From Candidatus Poribacteria bacterium (GTDB taxonomy: Bacteria; Poribacteria; WGA-4E; GCA-2687025), in the NCBI GenBank assembly GCA_963665845.2, contig OY762492.1, forward strand, positions 896,001 through 960,000: a stretch of DNA of 64,000 nucleotides, written 5' to 3'. Position numbers and translations under genes: made by a program. This document shows positions 9,203 to 18,746 of the stretch, piece by piece. The notes beneath the pieces were generated by a model that ran no database searches, had not been told where the DNA came from, and worked only from the letters and a program-made list of their open reading frames with translations. Position 1 is the first letter of the stretch; each line of letters begins with the position of its first letter.

Positions 9203-9970
9203 ATGGATGAACAGCCGAAACGGACGCTTTCCGAGGCGTTTCAACGGCTTGCCGACATCATCGAACTTCTGCGCGCGCCCGATGGCTGTCCGTGGGACCG
9301 AGAGCAGACGCATGATTCTCTTCAACCGTATCTGATCGAAGAGGCGCATGAAGCGGCGGAGGCGATCGACGATGGAAACATAGGCGCGCTGGAGGAGGAG
9401 CTGGGCGACCTGTTGACGCTCATCGCGCTGCATGCGCAGATCGCCGCGGAGGCGGGGCAGTTTAACCTGTTGAGCCTCATAAACAAAAACAACGCGAAAC
9501 TGATTCGGCGGCATGCCCATGTGTTCGGCGAACGGAAAGCGGAGACAGCTGCCGACGCGCTCAACAGCTGGGAGCGCGTCAAACGAAGCGAGCCTGGGTA
9601 TGAAAACCGCGCCAGCGCACTGGACGGCGTCCCGAAAAGCTTGCCCGCGCTCATGGCGGCGGCGGCGCTTCAAAAGAAAGCGGCGCGCGCCGGCTTTGAA
9701 CGGCATGGCGGCTCTGAAATACGGTTGACGCTGAATGCCGATGATACGGTTGAAGAGGTTCAGAAAAAGATTGGAGAGGCGCTGTTTGAACTGGCAAGCG
9801 CCGCGCGGCTGTTGGGGGTTGACCCTGAAGCGGCGCTGCGGCAAGCGAATGCGCAGTTTCAACGCCGATTCCGCGACGTAGAAAAAATGCAAGACGATGC
9901 GGAGAGAGAAGACGCCTCCTTTGCGGAACTATGGAGACGCGCTGAGGAAGGCGGGGGAAATGCGGATTAA
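9203..9970 (+). CDS. mazG: MazG nucleoside triphosphate pyrophosphohydrolase
   Basis: LRAPDGCPWDREQTHDSL, EEELGDLL, KLIRRH, WERVK, SALDGVPKSLPAL. Confidence 0.92.
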   Translation: MDEQPKRTLSEAFQRLADIIELLRAPDGCPWDREQTHDSLQPYLIEEAHEAAEAIDDGNIGALEEELGDLLTLIALHAQIAAEAGQFNLLSLINKNNAKLIRRHAHVFGERKAETAADALNSWERVKRSEPGYENRASALDGVPKSLPALMAAAALQKKAARAGFERHGGSEIRLTLNADDTVEEVQKKIGEALFELASAARLLGVDPEAALRQANAQFQRRFRDVEKMQDDAEREDASFAELWRRAEEGGGNAD

Positions 9971-11585
9971 ACGGCTTCTCATGACCGCGCTCATCGCGTC
10001 GGCGTTGAGCGGCTGCGGCGGAGAGGTTGAACCGCCTGAAACGCCGCCGCTGCGTTTTGTGGAAACGGCGCGCGAGGCGGGCATCGACTTCGTCTCCGAA
10101 TACCGCGACGGACAGCTGGACATGCTGCCCGAGACGATGGGCGGCGGCGCCGCATGGCTCGACTACGACAACGACAGCGACTGTGACCTTTACATCACAA
10201 CCGGAAGCGGACACCCGAACGCGCTCTACCAAAACAACGGCGACGGAACCTTCAACGAAATCGGCGAACAAGCGGGCGTTGACAGCCTCGCGCTCAGCAT
10301 GGGAGCCGTCGCGGCCGACTACAACGGCGACGGATGGACAGACCTGTTCATCACAACCTACGGCGGCGCCGACATCCTCTACCAAAACAACGGCGACGGA
10401 ACCTTCACCGACAAGGCGGCGGAAGCGGGCGTCGAAGGCGGGGCGGACGACTGGGGCGCCTCCGCCGCCTGGGCAGATTTTGACAACGACGGCGACCTAG
10501 ACCTGTATGTCGCCCGCTATCTCCTTTTTAACGAGGAGGAAGCGGACTATACGTTGTATCCTGCGGAGGATGAGAACTACCCGGCGACGCTCAACCCCTA
10601 CCTGTATCCGCCCCAAGCGAACGCGCTTTACCGCAACGACGGCGGGGGGCGGTTCGCCGAGATCGCCGAGCAAGCGGGCGTGTCGAACCCGGAAGGAAAA
10701 AGCCTCGGCGTCATTTTTTGCGACTACGACAACGATGGCGACCTAGATCTGTTCGTCGCCAACGATGTGTCGGTCAACGTTCTGTTTAAAAACAACGGCG
10801 GCGCCTTTGAGAATGTCTCCTTCCTGACAGGGATGGACGATCCGAGACAAGGCATGGGCATCGACTTCGGCGATTTTGACAACGACGGCGACTTCGACCT
10901 GTTCGCAACCTACTGGATCGATGAAATGAACGGCTTCTTCCGCAACAACGCGATCCGCAAAGACGCCCCGCCCTCCGACAGCTTCGACGACATCGCGCCG
11001 GAGATTGGGCTGGGCGCGCCGAGCGTCGGCTTCACCGGCTGGGGAACCGTCTTCGCCGACTTCGACCTGGACGGCGACCTGGACCTGTTCGCCGCCAACG
11101 GACACACCAGCCCCGGGCCGGAAGATGCCTATGTTTGCGAGGCGCAGCGGGCGCAGGTTTTTCGAAACGACGGCGGACGCTATACCGAAACGCCTGAAGC
11201 GCTTTCCTTCAACGAATGGGGGGCGGGGCGCGGTCTCGCCGCCGCGGACTATGACAACGACGGCGACGAGGACATTCTGATTGTTCAAAACAACGGGCGC
11301 GTTTTGCTTTTTAGAAACGAAAGCGGCGGCTGGAGCCGATGCGTGAAGGTTCAAGCGCCGGTCGGTTCCCGTATCCAAGCGCGTGTCGGAGGCAGGCAGG
11401 TTGAAGCGGAGATACGCGCCGGCTCCAGTTATCTTTCAACGAACGCGCCGGAAATGCTGATTGCGGTTCCGCCGGGCGGCGTTGTGGAGGAGATCAAATG
11501 TCGGGGCGAATCGTTGAAGCGTACGCCTGCGGGCAGCGTTGCGGCGTTCTATGCGGACGGGCGGAAACCGTCTGTCAAAAAATGA
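9960..11585 (+). CDS. CRTAC1/FG-GAP repeat lipoprotein with short ASPIC/UnbV-like C-terminus
   Basis: Lipobox LSGC; repeated DYDNDGDLDL motifs; ETMGGG; AGSSYLS near the C-terminus. Confidence 0.88.
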   Translation: MRIKRLLMTALIASALSGCGGEVEPPETPPLRFVETAREAGIDFVSEYRDGQLDMLPETMGGGAAWLDYDNDSDCDLYITTGSGHPNALYQNNGDGTFNEIGEQAGVDSLALSMGAVAADYNGDGWTDLFITTYGGADILYQNNGDGTFTDKAAEAGVEGGADDWGASAAWADFDNDGDLDLYVARYLLFNEEEADYTLYPAEDENYPATLNPYLYPPQANALYRNDGGGRFAEIAEQAGVSNPEGKSLGVIFCDYDNDGDLDLFVANDVSVNVLFKNNGGAFENVSFLTGMDDPRQGMGIDFGDFDNDGDFDLFATYWIDEMNGFFRNNAIRKDAPPSDSFDDIAPEIGLGAPSVGFTGWGTVFADFDLDGDLDLFAANGHTSPGPEDAYVCEAQRAQVFRNDGGRYTETPEALSFNEWGAGRGLAAADYDNDGDEDILIVQNNGRVLLFRNESGGWSRCVKVQAPVGSRIQARVGGRQVEAEIRAGSSYLSTNAPEMLIAVPPGGVVEEIKCRGESLKRTPAGSVAAFYADGRKPSVKK

Positions 11586-11620
11586 GCAGACGCCGGCATT
11601 CAAACGAACGGAGAACTCAA

Positions 11621-13117
11621 ATGCGCTGGCTTCAAAACCTCCCGCAAACCTCTCGCAAACTTTGGAACGAAAGGCCCGGCCCCGCTCTTGCGGCGGCCGC
11701 GCTCCTCGCGCTGGCGTCGCTCCTCATCTTAGGTTTCATCATCGCCGACTCGCAAGAGGAAGGCGAACATGAACTGATCAAGATCCTACGAACCCAATCG
11801 GAAATCGCCCAGCGCGAAGGGGAGCAAACGTCCGATGAAACCTCAACAAACGCTCCAAACCCCGACCCAACAGACGCCTCAAACCCGAAGGACAGAACCC
11901 TCGACGAATGGACGGAGCTCGCCGCAAAAAGATCGCTCACACAGGATGAATATTACGGGGAGATTGTGAACGGGTACCCCGCGACAAGCGGCACAGCCTT
12001 CAGCAAGGTGGCTGTCATCATCGACAGCGAGGATTATTACATTGGTCCCCAAACGGCGGAAGCCCTGATGGTCTATGTGAACCTGTATCCGGGTAGGCGC
12101 GGCGAATATGACGGTCTCAAGGCGCATTTTCAGCGCATGCTGGACCGCGGCGTCGTGTTTCAAGATGGAAGGGACATTGGCTATTACGGAATGCAATTGT
12201 GGGGCCAGATGCAAAACGCCCGTAAGTCCACTTTCGCCAAAGACATTTTTGAGATGTACGGCGCCCCTAAAGGAAACTGGGCGGCTCTGGACGAGGCGAT
12301 GATTGAACATGCGTTGAAAACCGTCCCAATCCGAAAAGAGCAGTATCGACACCATTTCCAGACCGGCGAAGGCACCGTGAATCTCATGATTGATCCCGAC
12401 AACGAACAGATTCACATGTCCGTGGTCAGCGGTGAGAACCGCAAGCCGTTCACAGATGAGGAGACGTATGCAATGGCGCACTACGGAATCGCGCCAAAGG
12501 GGTACCGCCTCCGAATTGTGAAAGATCTTTTTTACAAGGAAAAGCTCCCGCCCGACCAGGTTCCGTTTTTCAACGAGAGACAGTATGTCAAAGACCTGAG
12601 CCGAGAGGGGCTGAACGCTCTGCTGAAAGGAATCCCTTCGCTGATGAGCCGGCCGGAAGCGCAGGACTATAGCGATGTGGATTGGCTGTCCATGGCGGGC
12701 AGATACGAGGCGGCTCTGGAGGAGCTGGCGTCGCGCGGGTATGTGCCGGAGCCGTTTGCAAATCTTCAGCCGTCCGCCCCTTCTCTGTCGGGCGCCATCC
12801 GTTCTGCCGCCCGGCCTGATGCGCCGGGCCCGCCTGTTGAACAGCGCAAGCCGACGCCGACGCCGACGCCGATAGAGGCGCGGGACGAAGCGGCGCTGGA
12901 GAGAGAGGCGCAGAAGCGGCGCGTCGCCGAAGCGTTTTTAAACGCGCTGGAGAGAGAGGCGGAGAAGGCAAAGATCACGCCGGAAGACAGGTCGCTGATT
13001 GCCCGGCGGCTTCGGGAGCTGCGGTTGCTGCGCAATCCTGACCTGTTGAAACCGCCGGCTCCGCCTTCGTCAGCGCCTCCTTCGTCGGAGGATGACTCGG
13101 AAGACGACGAGTCCTGA
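11621..13117 (+). CDS. Hypothetical membrane-anchored protein with Pro-rich and acidic C-terminus
   Basis: Long ORF, GGAG RBS before ATG 11621, one hydrophobic segment (ALAAAALLALASLLILGFII); no recognised motifs. Confidence 0.7.
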   Translation: MRWLQNLPQTSRKLWNERPGPALAAAALLALASLLILGFIIADSQEEGEHELIKILRTQSEIAQREGEQTSDETSTNAPNPDPTDASNPKDRTLDEWTELAAKRSLTQDEYYGEIVNGYPATSGTAFSKVAVIIDSEDYYIGPQTAEALMVYVNLYPGRRGEYDGLKAHFQRMLDRGVVFQDGRDIGYYGMQLWGQMQNARKSTFAKDIFEMYGAPKGNWAALDEAMIEHALKTVPIRKEQYRHHFQTGEGTVNLMIDPDNEQIHMSVVSGENRKPFTDEETYAMAHYGIAPKGYRLRIVKDLFYKEKLPPDQVPFFNERQYVKDLSREGLNALLKGIPSLMSRPEAQDYSDVDWLSMAGRYEAALEELASRGYVPEPFANLQPSAPSLSGAIRSAARPDAPGPPVEQRKPTPTPTPIEARDEAALEREAQKRRVAEAFLNALEREAEKAKITPEDRSLIARRLRELRLLRNPDLLKPPAPPSSAPPSSEDDSEDDES

Positions 13118-13137
13118 TTCAACCGAACCTCTTGCCG

Positions 13138-13170
13138 AAAGCGCGCATGGCGTTTGTCATGCGCGCTTTT
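13138..13170 (+). terminator. Putative intrinsic terminator
   Basis: AAAGCGCGCATGGC-GTTT-GTCATGCGCGCTTTT hairpin just after the stop at 13117. Confidence 0.6.
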
Positions 13171-13250
13171 GTGTTTCGCCTGCGGGGAAGCGGGGGCGAT
13201 CTGGTTGGCGGAGCCTTTTTCGCTGGTCATCGCGGTTCTTTCGTCACGAC

Positions 13251-13275
13251 GCCCCTACTTTACGCATGAGGTCAG
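13251..13275. repeat. Solo terminal inverted repeat of the MITE-like element
   Basis: GCCCCTACTTTACGCATGAGGTCAG matches the reverse complement of the element left end. Confidence 0.6.
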
Positions 13276-13284
13276 AATTGACGT

Positions 13285-13313
13285 TTGACAAATGCCGCTA
13301 AACGACGCATGAT
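13285..13313 (+). promoter_or_regulatory. recA promoter (TTGACA-17-CATGAT)
   Basis: Perfect -35, 17-nt spacer, ~30 nt before the recA ATG. Confidence 0.6.
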
Positions 13314-13343
13314 AACGTGTCGCAGCGAATTGAAAGGATAAAT

Positions 13344-14564
13344 ATGGCGCGCAAGAAACGAACGATCATCGAGCCTCCGACAGCGATTTCGGACGCGGAG
13401 CAGCGGGTTGAAGCGATCGACAACACCATATCGCAGATCGAAAAGCGGTACGGCAAGGGCGCGATCATGCGCCTGACCGACGAAAACATAGAGCCGATAG
13501 AGGTGGTGCCGACCGGCGCGCTGTCTCTCGATCTCGCCCTCGGCGTCGGCGGCGTTCCCCGCGGCCGCGTGGTGGAGATCTACGGACCCGAATCGTCCGG
13601 CAAGACGACCCTATGCCTGCATATTCTGGCGGAGGCGCAAAAAAGCGGCGGCACCGCGGCCTTTATTGACGCGGAGCATGCCTTCGACAGATTCTGGGCG
13701 AAGCGGGTCGGAGTTGACCTGGACTCGCTGCTGTTTTCGCAGCCGGACGACGCCGAGCAGTCGCTAGAGATCGTCGAGACGCTGGTGCGAAGCGGCGCTC
13801 TCGATTGCATTGTGGTTGACTCTGTGGCGGCGCTCGCCCCGCGCGCCGAGCTGGCGGGCGAAATGGGCGACTCGCATGTCGGTCTTGTGCCGCGCTTGAT
13901 GTCGCAGGCGCTGCGCAAACTGACCGCCGTCATCAGCAAATCGAAAACCTGCGTCATCTTTGTGAATCAGGTTCGGGAAAAGATCGGGATTCTCTTCGGC
14001 AACCCTGAAACGACGCCCGGCGGGCGCGCGTTGAAGTTTGCCGCTTCCGTCCGCATGGAGATACGCCGCGGCGAACCGATCAAAGAAGGCTCCGAAACGA
14101 TCGGCTACCGCACCAGCGTGCGCGTCATCAAAAACAAGGTCGCCCCGCCCTACACGCAGGCGGAATTCGACATGGAGTTTGCGGGCGGAATCCCCAAGGA
14201 AGGCTCCATTTTGGATGTGGCGGTGGAATACGATCTCGTTCAAAAGTCCGGCTCCTGGTACTCCTACAACGGCGAGCGCCTTGGACAGGGGCGCGAAAAC
14301 GCGAAGGCGTTTCTGCGGGGGAACCCGGAGGCGGCCGCGGCGATTGAAGCGAAGGCGCGCGAGGTGATCACAGCCGATCTGGTCGGCGCAAAGGCGGAAG
14401 AAAAAGCGCGCGCCGAATTTGAGGAACGGCTCAACACGCAGCCCGAACCCGTGAATCAGACGCCTCAAGAGGCGGAGCCTGCCCAGGAACCTGACGAGGA
14501 CATCAGCGACATCGATGATCTGGTCAACTCCATCGCCGAAACGCAGGCAGAAACGGACGAATGA
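13344..14564 (+). CDS. recA: Recombinase A with long acidic C-terminal tail
   Basis: [50 protein letters not shown]; AAGGA RBS. Confidence 0.98.
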   Translation: MARKKRTIIEPPTAISDAEQRVEAIDNTISQIEKRYGKGAIMRLTDENIEPIEVVPTGALSLDLALGVGGVPRGRVVEIYGPESSGKTTLCLHILAEAQKSGGTAAFIDAEHAFDRFWAKRVGVDLDSLLFSQPDDAEQSLEIVETLVRSGALDCIVVDSVAALAPRAELAGEMGDSHVGLVPRLMSQALRKLTAVISKSKTCVIFVNQVREKIGILFGNPETTPGGRALKFAASVRMEIRRGEPIKEGSETIGYRTSVRVIKNKVAPPYTQAEFDMEFAGGIPKEGSILDVAVEYDLVQKSGSWYSYNGERLGQGRENAKAFLRGNPEAAAAIEAKAREVITADLVGAKAEEKARAEFEERLNTQPEPVNQTPQEAEPAQEPDEDISDIDDLVNSIAETQAETDE

Positions 14565-14602
14565 AAACTTAAGAAGACCAGCCGGCGTCCATTCTACCCA
14601 AC

Positions 14603-14747
14603 GTCATTCCCGCGCAAGCGGGAATCCAGAGGCGTCGCAGACAACATCTGCGTTCGCTGTCAGGTATGTCCCAACTCTAAGGGTAAGCTCTGGGAACCTT
14701 ATGCGCCGCAGACGCATGCCGACACGTCCCAACAGATGTAAAGTCAG
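14603..14747. repeat. REP palindrome plus degenerate MITE right ends between recA and infC
   Basis: GTCATTCCCGCGCAAGCGGGAATCC at 14603; ATGTCCCAACT ~14666; ACGTCCCAACAGATGTAAAGTCAG ~14724-14747. Confidence 0.7.
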
Positions 14748-14748
14748 C

Positions 14749-15321
14749 TTAAGAAGACTGCCCGGCGTCCGATTTGGGGCTTAGCTGAAGAGACAACTGG
14801 CGCCCTTCCATTTTGGGCGCCTGCTCAATCTCGGCGGCGTCTTCCAGAGATTCGGCAAACTTCATCAGAAGCTCCCGCCCCAGGTCAGGATGCACAATCT
14901 GCCCATGACGGCGGAAGAAGCTGACCGTAACGCGCACCTTGTTTCCCTGCCTCAGAAACTGCTCGGCGTGTCGAATGCGGTAGCTGATGTCATGCCGCGC
15001 CATGTTCTGTTTGAGCCGTATCTCTTTGATTTCAATGCGCTTCTGCGATTTGCGCGCCTGTTTCGCCTTCCGCTCCTGCTCATACTGGTATTTTCCGTAG
15101 TTCAGGATTCGGCAGACGGGCGGCTTTGCGTTCGGCGCCACCTCAACCAGGTCAAGCCCTTTTTCTTTTGCAATCTCAAGAGCCTGGCGCGGACGCATGA
15201 TGCCGAGCTGCGTTCCGTCCTCGTCGATCACGCGAACCTCGTACGCCTGGATGTGTTCATTTGTGCGGGCGCGCGCGTCCCGTTTTGAGCTGGACGAGCG
15301 CTGCGAACGGCTTCTTCTCAT
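14749..15321 (-). CDS. infC: Translation initiation factor IF-3
   Basis: NEHIQAYEVRVIDEDG, GLDLVEVAPNAKPPVCRI, YGKYQYE, APKMEGR. Confidence 0.97.
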   Translation of the reverse strand: MRRSRSQRSSSSKRDARARTNEHIQAYEVRVIDEDGTQLGIMRPRQALEIAKEKGLDLVEVAPNAKPPVCRILNYGKYQYEQERKAKQARKSQKRIEIKEIRLKQNMARHDISYRIRHAEQFLRQGNKVRVTVSFFRRHGQIVHPDLGRELLMKFAESLEDAAEIEQAPKMEGRQLSLQLSPKSDAGQSS

Positions 15322-17240
15322 CGTTTTGCCTCAATTTCTTCTCGCATTCGCTTGATCAATTCGGCCGGCGTCATGCCGCCAAGATTCTCGCCTTGACGCG
15401 ACCTCGCCGACACCTGTCCGCTCTCCATCTCTCGTCCGCCCACCACCAGCATATATGGAACTTTCGCCAGCTCCGCCTCCCTTATCTTATACCCTAATTT
15501 CTCCCGCCTCGCATCCACTTCCACGCGAAGCCCGTCCGCTTTCAGCTCTCGGCAAACCGACTCGGCATACTCGGCATGCGCGTCCGCAATCGGCAAAACA
15601 ACCGCCTGAACAGGCGCCATCCACAACGGAAACGCCCCCGCGTAATGCTCTATCAACACGCTAAAAAACCGCTCCGCCGATCCAAGCAAGGTGCGGTGAA
15701 CCATATACGGCCGCTGCGGCTTCCCGTCTTCGCCGACATAGGATACATCAAACTTCTCAGGCAGGTTGAAATCGAACTGGATCGTGGAGCATTGCAATCG
15801 GCGCTGAACCGCGTCGCGTATATGGACATCGATCTTTGGACCGTAAAAGGCGCCCGCCCCTTCGTCCAGCTCATACGGCAAACCCATTTTCTTGATCACC
15901 GATTCAAGAGCGTTTTGGGCGGTTTCCCATTGTTCAGGCTCTCCGATCGCCTTTTCAGGCCGCGTAGAAAGATTCACTTCAAAATCGTCATCGGCGAATT
16001 GGAACGCTTTGAGCATGTCGATGGCGAAACGCAGCGTCCGCTCAATCTCCTGCTGCACCTGTTCGCGCCGACAGAATATGTGCGCGTCGTCCTGCGTCAT
16101 ACCGCGCACGCGCGCCATTCCGTGAAGCGCGCCTGTCCGTTCGTAACGATACACCGCGCCAAGCTCGGCGAAGCGCATCGGCAGATCGCGGTAGGAGCGG
16201 AGCCTGCTTTTGTAAATGAGAATGTGAAACGGACAGTTCATCGGTTTCAGATAGTATTCCTGTTCGTCCACGCCCATCGGCGCGTACATATCCTCGGCGT
16301 AAAACTCAAGATGTCCGCTCGTTTCCCAGAGCGTTCGTTTGCCGATATGCGGAGAATACACCAGATCGTATCCGCCGTCGAGATGCCGCTCCCGCCAAAA
16401 CTCCTCAATCAAATGCCGCGTCAACGCGCCCTTCGGATGCCATAGAATCAGCCCGGCGCCGACATCCGGATGCGAGCTGTATAGATCCAGCTGCGTTCCG
16501 AGCGTCCGATGGTCTCTCCGTTCGCTCTCTTCCAAAATGCGCAGATGTTCCTCCAGCTGCGATTTTTTTTCATACGAGACGCCGTAGATGCGCTGCAGCT
16601 GCTTGTTCTTTTCGTTCCCGCGCCAGTACGCCCCGCCGGAGCTGAGCAGCTTGAAGTGGCGCACAAGCCCCGTTCGCGGGATATGCGGTCCTCGGCACAG
16701 GTCGACAAACTCCCCTTGACGATAAATCGACACCGCTTCGTCGTCCGGTATGTCGTCCAGCAGCTCGATCTTATACGGCTCGTTCATCTCTTCAAAGAGG
16801 GCGCGCGCCTCCTCCCGCTCCATCTCCATGCGCTCGGTGGCATGGTTCTCCTGGGAGATTTTCGCCATTTCCTGCTCAAGCTGTTCAAGATCCTCCGGCT
16901 TGAACGGCTCCGTGTCAAAGTCGTAGTAAAAGCCGTTTTCTATCGGCGGACCGATGGATACCTTCGCGTCCGGACGAAGCCGCAAGACCGCCTGCGCGAG
17001 CATATGCGCCGTCGTGTGCCAGTAAGTTTCTTTTCCAAGCGGATCGCTGAAGGTGTGAAATTGAACGCGCGCGTCCTGCGCGAGCGGGGTTGAGAGATCA
17101 ACAGGGCGCCCGTCAATGGACGCCAGCAGCGCGTCTTTAGCGAGCCTGCGGCTAATCTGGTTCGCCAGCTCTACGGCGGAGATGTTTTTCTCCACCTCTT
17201 TGACAGCTCCGTCGGGGAGCTGAACGCGAATCATCGACAT
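15318..17240 (-). CDS. thrS: Threonyl-tRNA synthetase
   Basis: N-terminal TGS domain, DLCRGPH, GAYWRG, RDHR, KPMNCPFH, GAFYGPKID; start placed at MSMIRV. Confidence 0.98.
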   Translation of the reverse strand: MSMIRVQLPDGAVKEVEKNISAVELANQISRRLAKDALLASIDGRPVDLSTPLAQDARVQFHTFSDPLGKETYWHTTAHMLAQAVLRLRPDAKVSIGPPIENGFYYDFDTEPFKPEDLEQLEQEMAKISQENHATERMEMEREEARALFEEMNEPYKIELLDDIPDDEAVSIYRQGEFVDLCRGPHIPRTGLVRHFKLLSSGGAYWRGNEKNKQLQRIYGVSYEKKSQLEEHLRILEESERRDHRTLGTQLDLYSSHPDVGAGLILWHPKGALTRHLIEEFWRERHLDGGYDLVYSPHIGKRTLWETSGHLEFYAEDMYAPMGVDEQEYYLKPMNCPFHILIYKSRLRSYRDLPMRFAELGAVYRYERTGALHGMARVRGMTQDDAHIFCRREQVQQEIERTLRFAIDMLKAFQFADDDFEVNLSTRPEKAIGEPEQWETAQNALESVIKKMGLPYELDEGAGAFYGPKIDVHIRDAVQRRLQCSTIQFDFNLPEKFDVSYVGEDGKPQRPYMVHRTLLGSAERFFSVLIEHYAGAFPLWMAPVQAVVLPIADAHAEYAESVCRELKADGLRVEVDARREKLGYKIREAELAKVPYMLVVGGREMESGQVSARSRQGENLGGMTPAELIKRMREEIEAKR

Positions 17241-17390
17241 GAGCGCATTCCATTTCCTGAGGACGCATTCGTTATAGAGAACGGCGCGCAAAACGGCAGG
17301 GCGTCTGAAAAGGGATCGTCGGTCATATGAGCGAGAGCGAACATATCATCACGAATCTGTCGATCGTACCTCGCTTTCGGAAATCGAAAC

Positions 17391-17467
17391 TGGTGGGCGG
17401 TAGTGGACTTGAACCACTGGCCTCCTGCATGTCAAGCAGACGCTCTAGCCAGCTGAGCTAACCGCCC
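17391..17467 (-). tRNA. tRNA-Val (GAC)
   Basis: Minus strand GGGCGGTTAGCTCAG...CTTGACATG...GGTTCAAGTCC...CCCACCA. Confidence 0.95.
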
Positions 17468-17472
17468 AAGTA

Positions 17473-17547
17473 TGGAGGCGACGGTCGGACTCGAACCGAC
17501 GAATAGGAGATTTGCAGTCTCCCGCCTTACCGCTTGGCTACGTCGCC
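17473..17547 (-). tRNA. tRNA-Cys (GCA)
   Basis: Minus strand GGCGACGTAGCCAAGCGGTAAGGC...ACTGCAAAT...GGTTCGAGTCC...CTCCA. Confidence 0.95.
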
Positions 17548-17565
17548 GTGAACCGGCAAAAAAGT

Positions 17566-17640
17566 TGGGGCGGGCGACGCGATTTGAACGCGCGACATCA
17601 ACCTTGGCAAGGTTGTGCTCTACCCCTGAGCTACGCCCGC
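17566..17640 (-). tRNA. tRNA-Gly (GCC)
   Basis: Minus strand GCGGGCGTAGCTCAGGGGTAGAGC...CTTGCCAAG...GTTCAAATC...CCCA. Confidence 0.95.
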
Positions 17641-17683
17641 ACCTGATCAGAACGCGATGCTCGGATCGTCGTTCAGTGTAGGA

Positions 17684-17712
17684 ATCATACACCAAGCGGC
17701 TAACGGAGTCAA
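17684..17712 (-). promoter_or_regulatory. Promoter for the tRNA-Gly/Cys/Val (thrS-infC) transcript, TTGACT-17-TATGAT
   Basis: Near-consensus hexamers on the minus strand with 17-nt spacer. Confidence 0.7.
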
Positions 17713-17838
17713 CTGAAATGCGTTTTTTTCGCCTGTCCATGCGGTTCAGCCGAAAAAATTCGCTCAACAGCGCCGTTTGAAAACGCTCTACTGCTCATGA
17801 TGCCGAACTTTCCTGCAGAATGCAAGCGGAAAGCGCGC

Positions 17839-18645
17839 CTATTCGCTTACAATCATCGTCTGAACGCCCGCCGATTCCGCCCGCTTCTCTAAATTCGGCG
17901 GAATGGAACGGCCGGCAACCGCCGCAATGACCGGAACCCCATACAAGACGCGCAGTACGGCAGCCGATTCTTTTGCCCGGTCAATATCTTCCGACCCGAT
18001 CGTGTACGACGATTCCAGCGCGACCCATATCTCCGAGCCGTTTTGCTTCCGCCGCGCCCGCAGGATAAAGTCGGTCTTCTCAATACGGACGTATTGGCGA
18101 TTCGTGATGCGCCCTTCGTTGAGCGCCTCGTCAATCGTGTCCTCCATGTCTTCATCCATCACATCTACGCGACTGGTCATCACTCGCGCCTTGCGCAGCC
18201 CGAATCGTTGTGATGCGATCGATTTGATGGAACGAGCCAGCGATAATTCTAGAGAGACGCCTTTCACAACCCCCATGTCAATGTTAATTTGCTTTATCTG
18301 AGTCTTGATATCCGCGATGTCCGCCTCCATCCGATCAAGGCGCTCATCTCGCGCAACCCCTTGCTCGATGAGGTCGGCAAGAACCGCCTTGATCTCCGCA
18401 ATGTCCGCCTTCATTACGGCAATGTCGTTCTCGATATTGGCGATCCGCTCATCCCGCTTTGCCCCTTGCGCCTTGAGCTCCGCGATGTCCGCCTTCATCG
18501 AGACGATATCCGCCTCCATCCTGGCAATCCTCTCATCCCGCTCTGCCCCCTTCGCTTTGATCTCCTCGATGTCCGCTTTCATCGAGACGATGTCCGCCTC
18601 TATGTTCGAGAGACGTTGATGGATTTTATCCTCTTGCCCGTTCAT
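17839..18645 (-). CDS. Coiled-coil repeat protein with C-terminal PD-(D/E)XK-like domain
   Basis: Repeats of EADIVSMKADIxExKAxGAxRDERIA; C-terminal TDFIL...VALESSYTIGSEDIDRA. Confidence 0.7.
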   Translation of the reverse strand: MNGQEDKIHQRLSNIEADIVSMKADIEEIKAKGAERDERIARMEADIVSMKADIAELKAQGAKRDERIANIENDIAVMKADIAEIKAVLADLIEQGVARDERLDRMEADIADIKTQIKQINIDMGVVKGVSLELSLARSIKSIASQRFGLRKARVMTSRVDVMDEDMEDTIDEALNEGRITNRQYVRIEKTDFILRARRKQNGSEIWVALESSYTIGSEDIDRAKESAAVLRVLYGVPVIAAVAGRSIPPNLEKRAESAGVQTMIVSE

Positions 18646-18746
18646 TGCCGCAATGTCCGTCCATAACGATTGCCGTTAAAAAGAAGCCCGCGCCTCCATG
18701 ATACAGCGGCGGGGCGTAATTGTAAAGCGTCAGCCTTGGCCGGCGC

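Noticed and set aside
17241-17390. T-box or thrS leader regulatory RNA
   Set aside because: Short spacer after tRNA-Val with no T-box consensus or recognisable operator structure
17391-17640. Integrative element or prophage at the tRNA cluster or at tRNA-Ser (38624-38713)
   Set aside because: No integrase, phage genes or duplicated tRNA 3' end seen in the window
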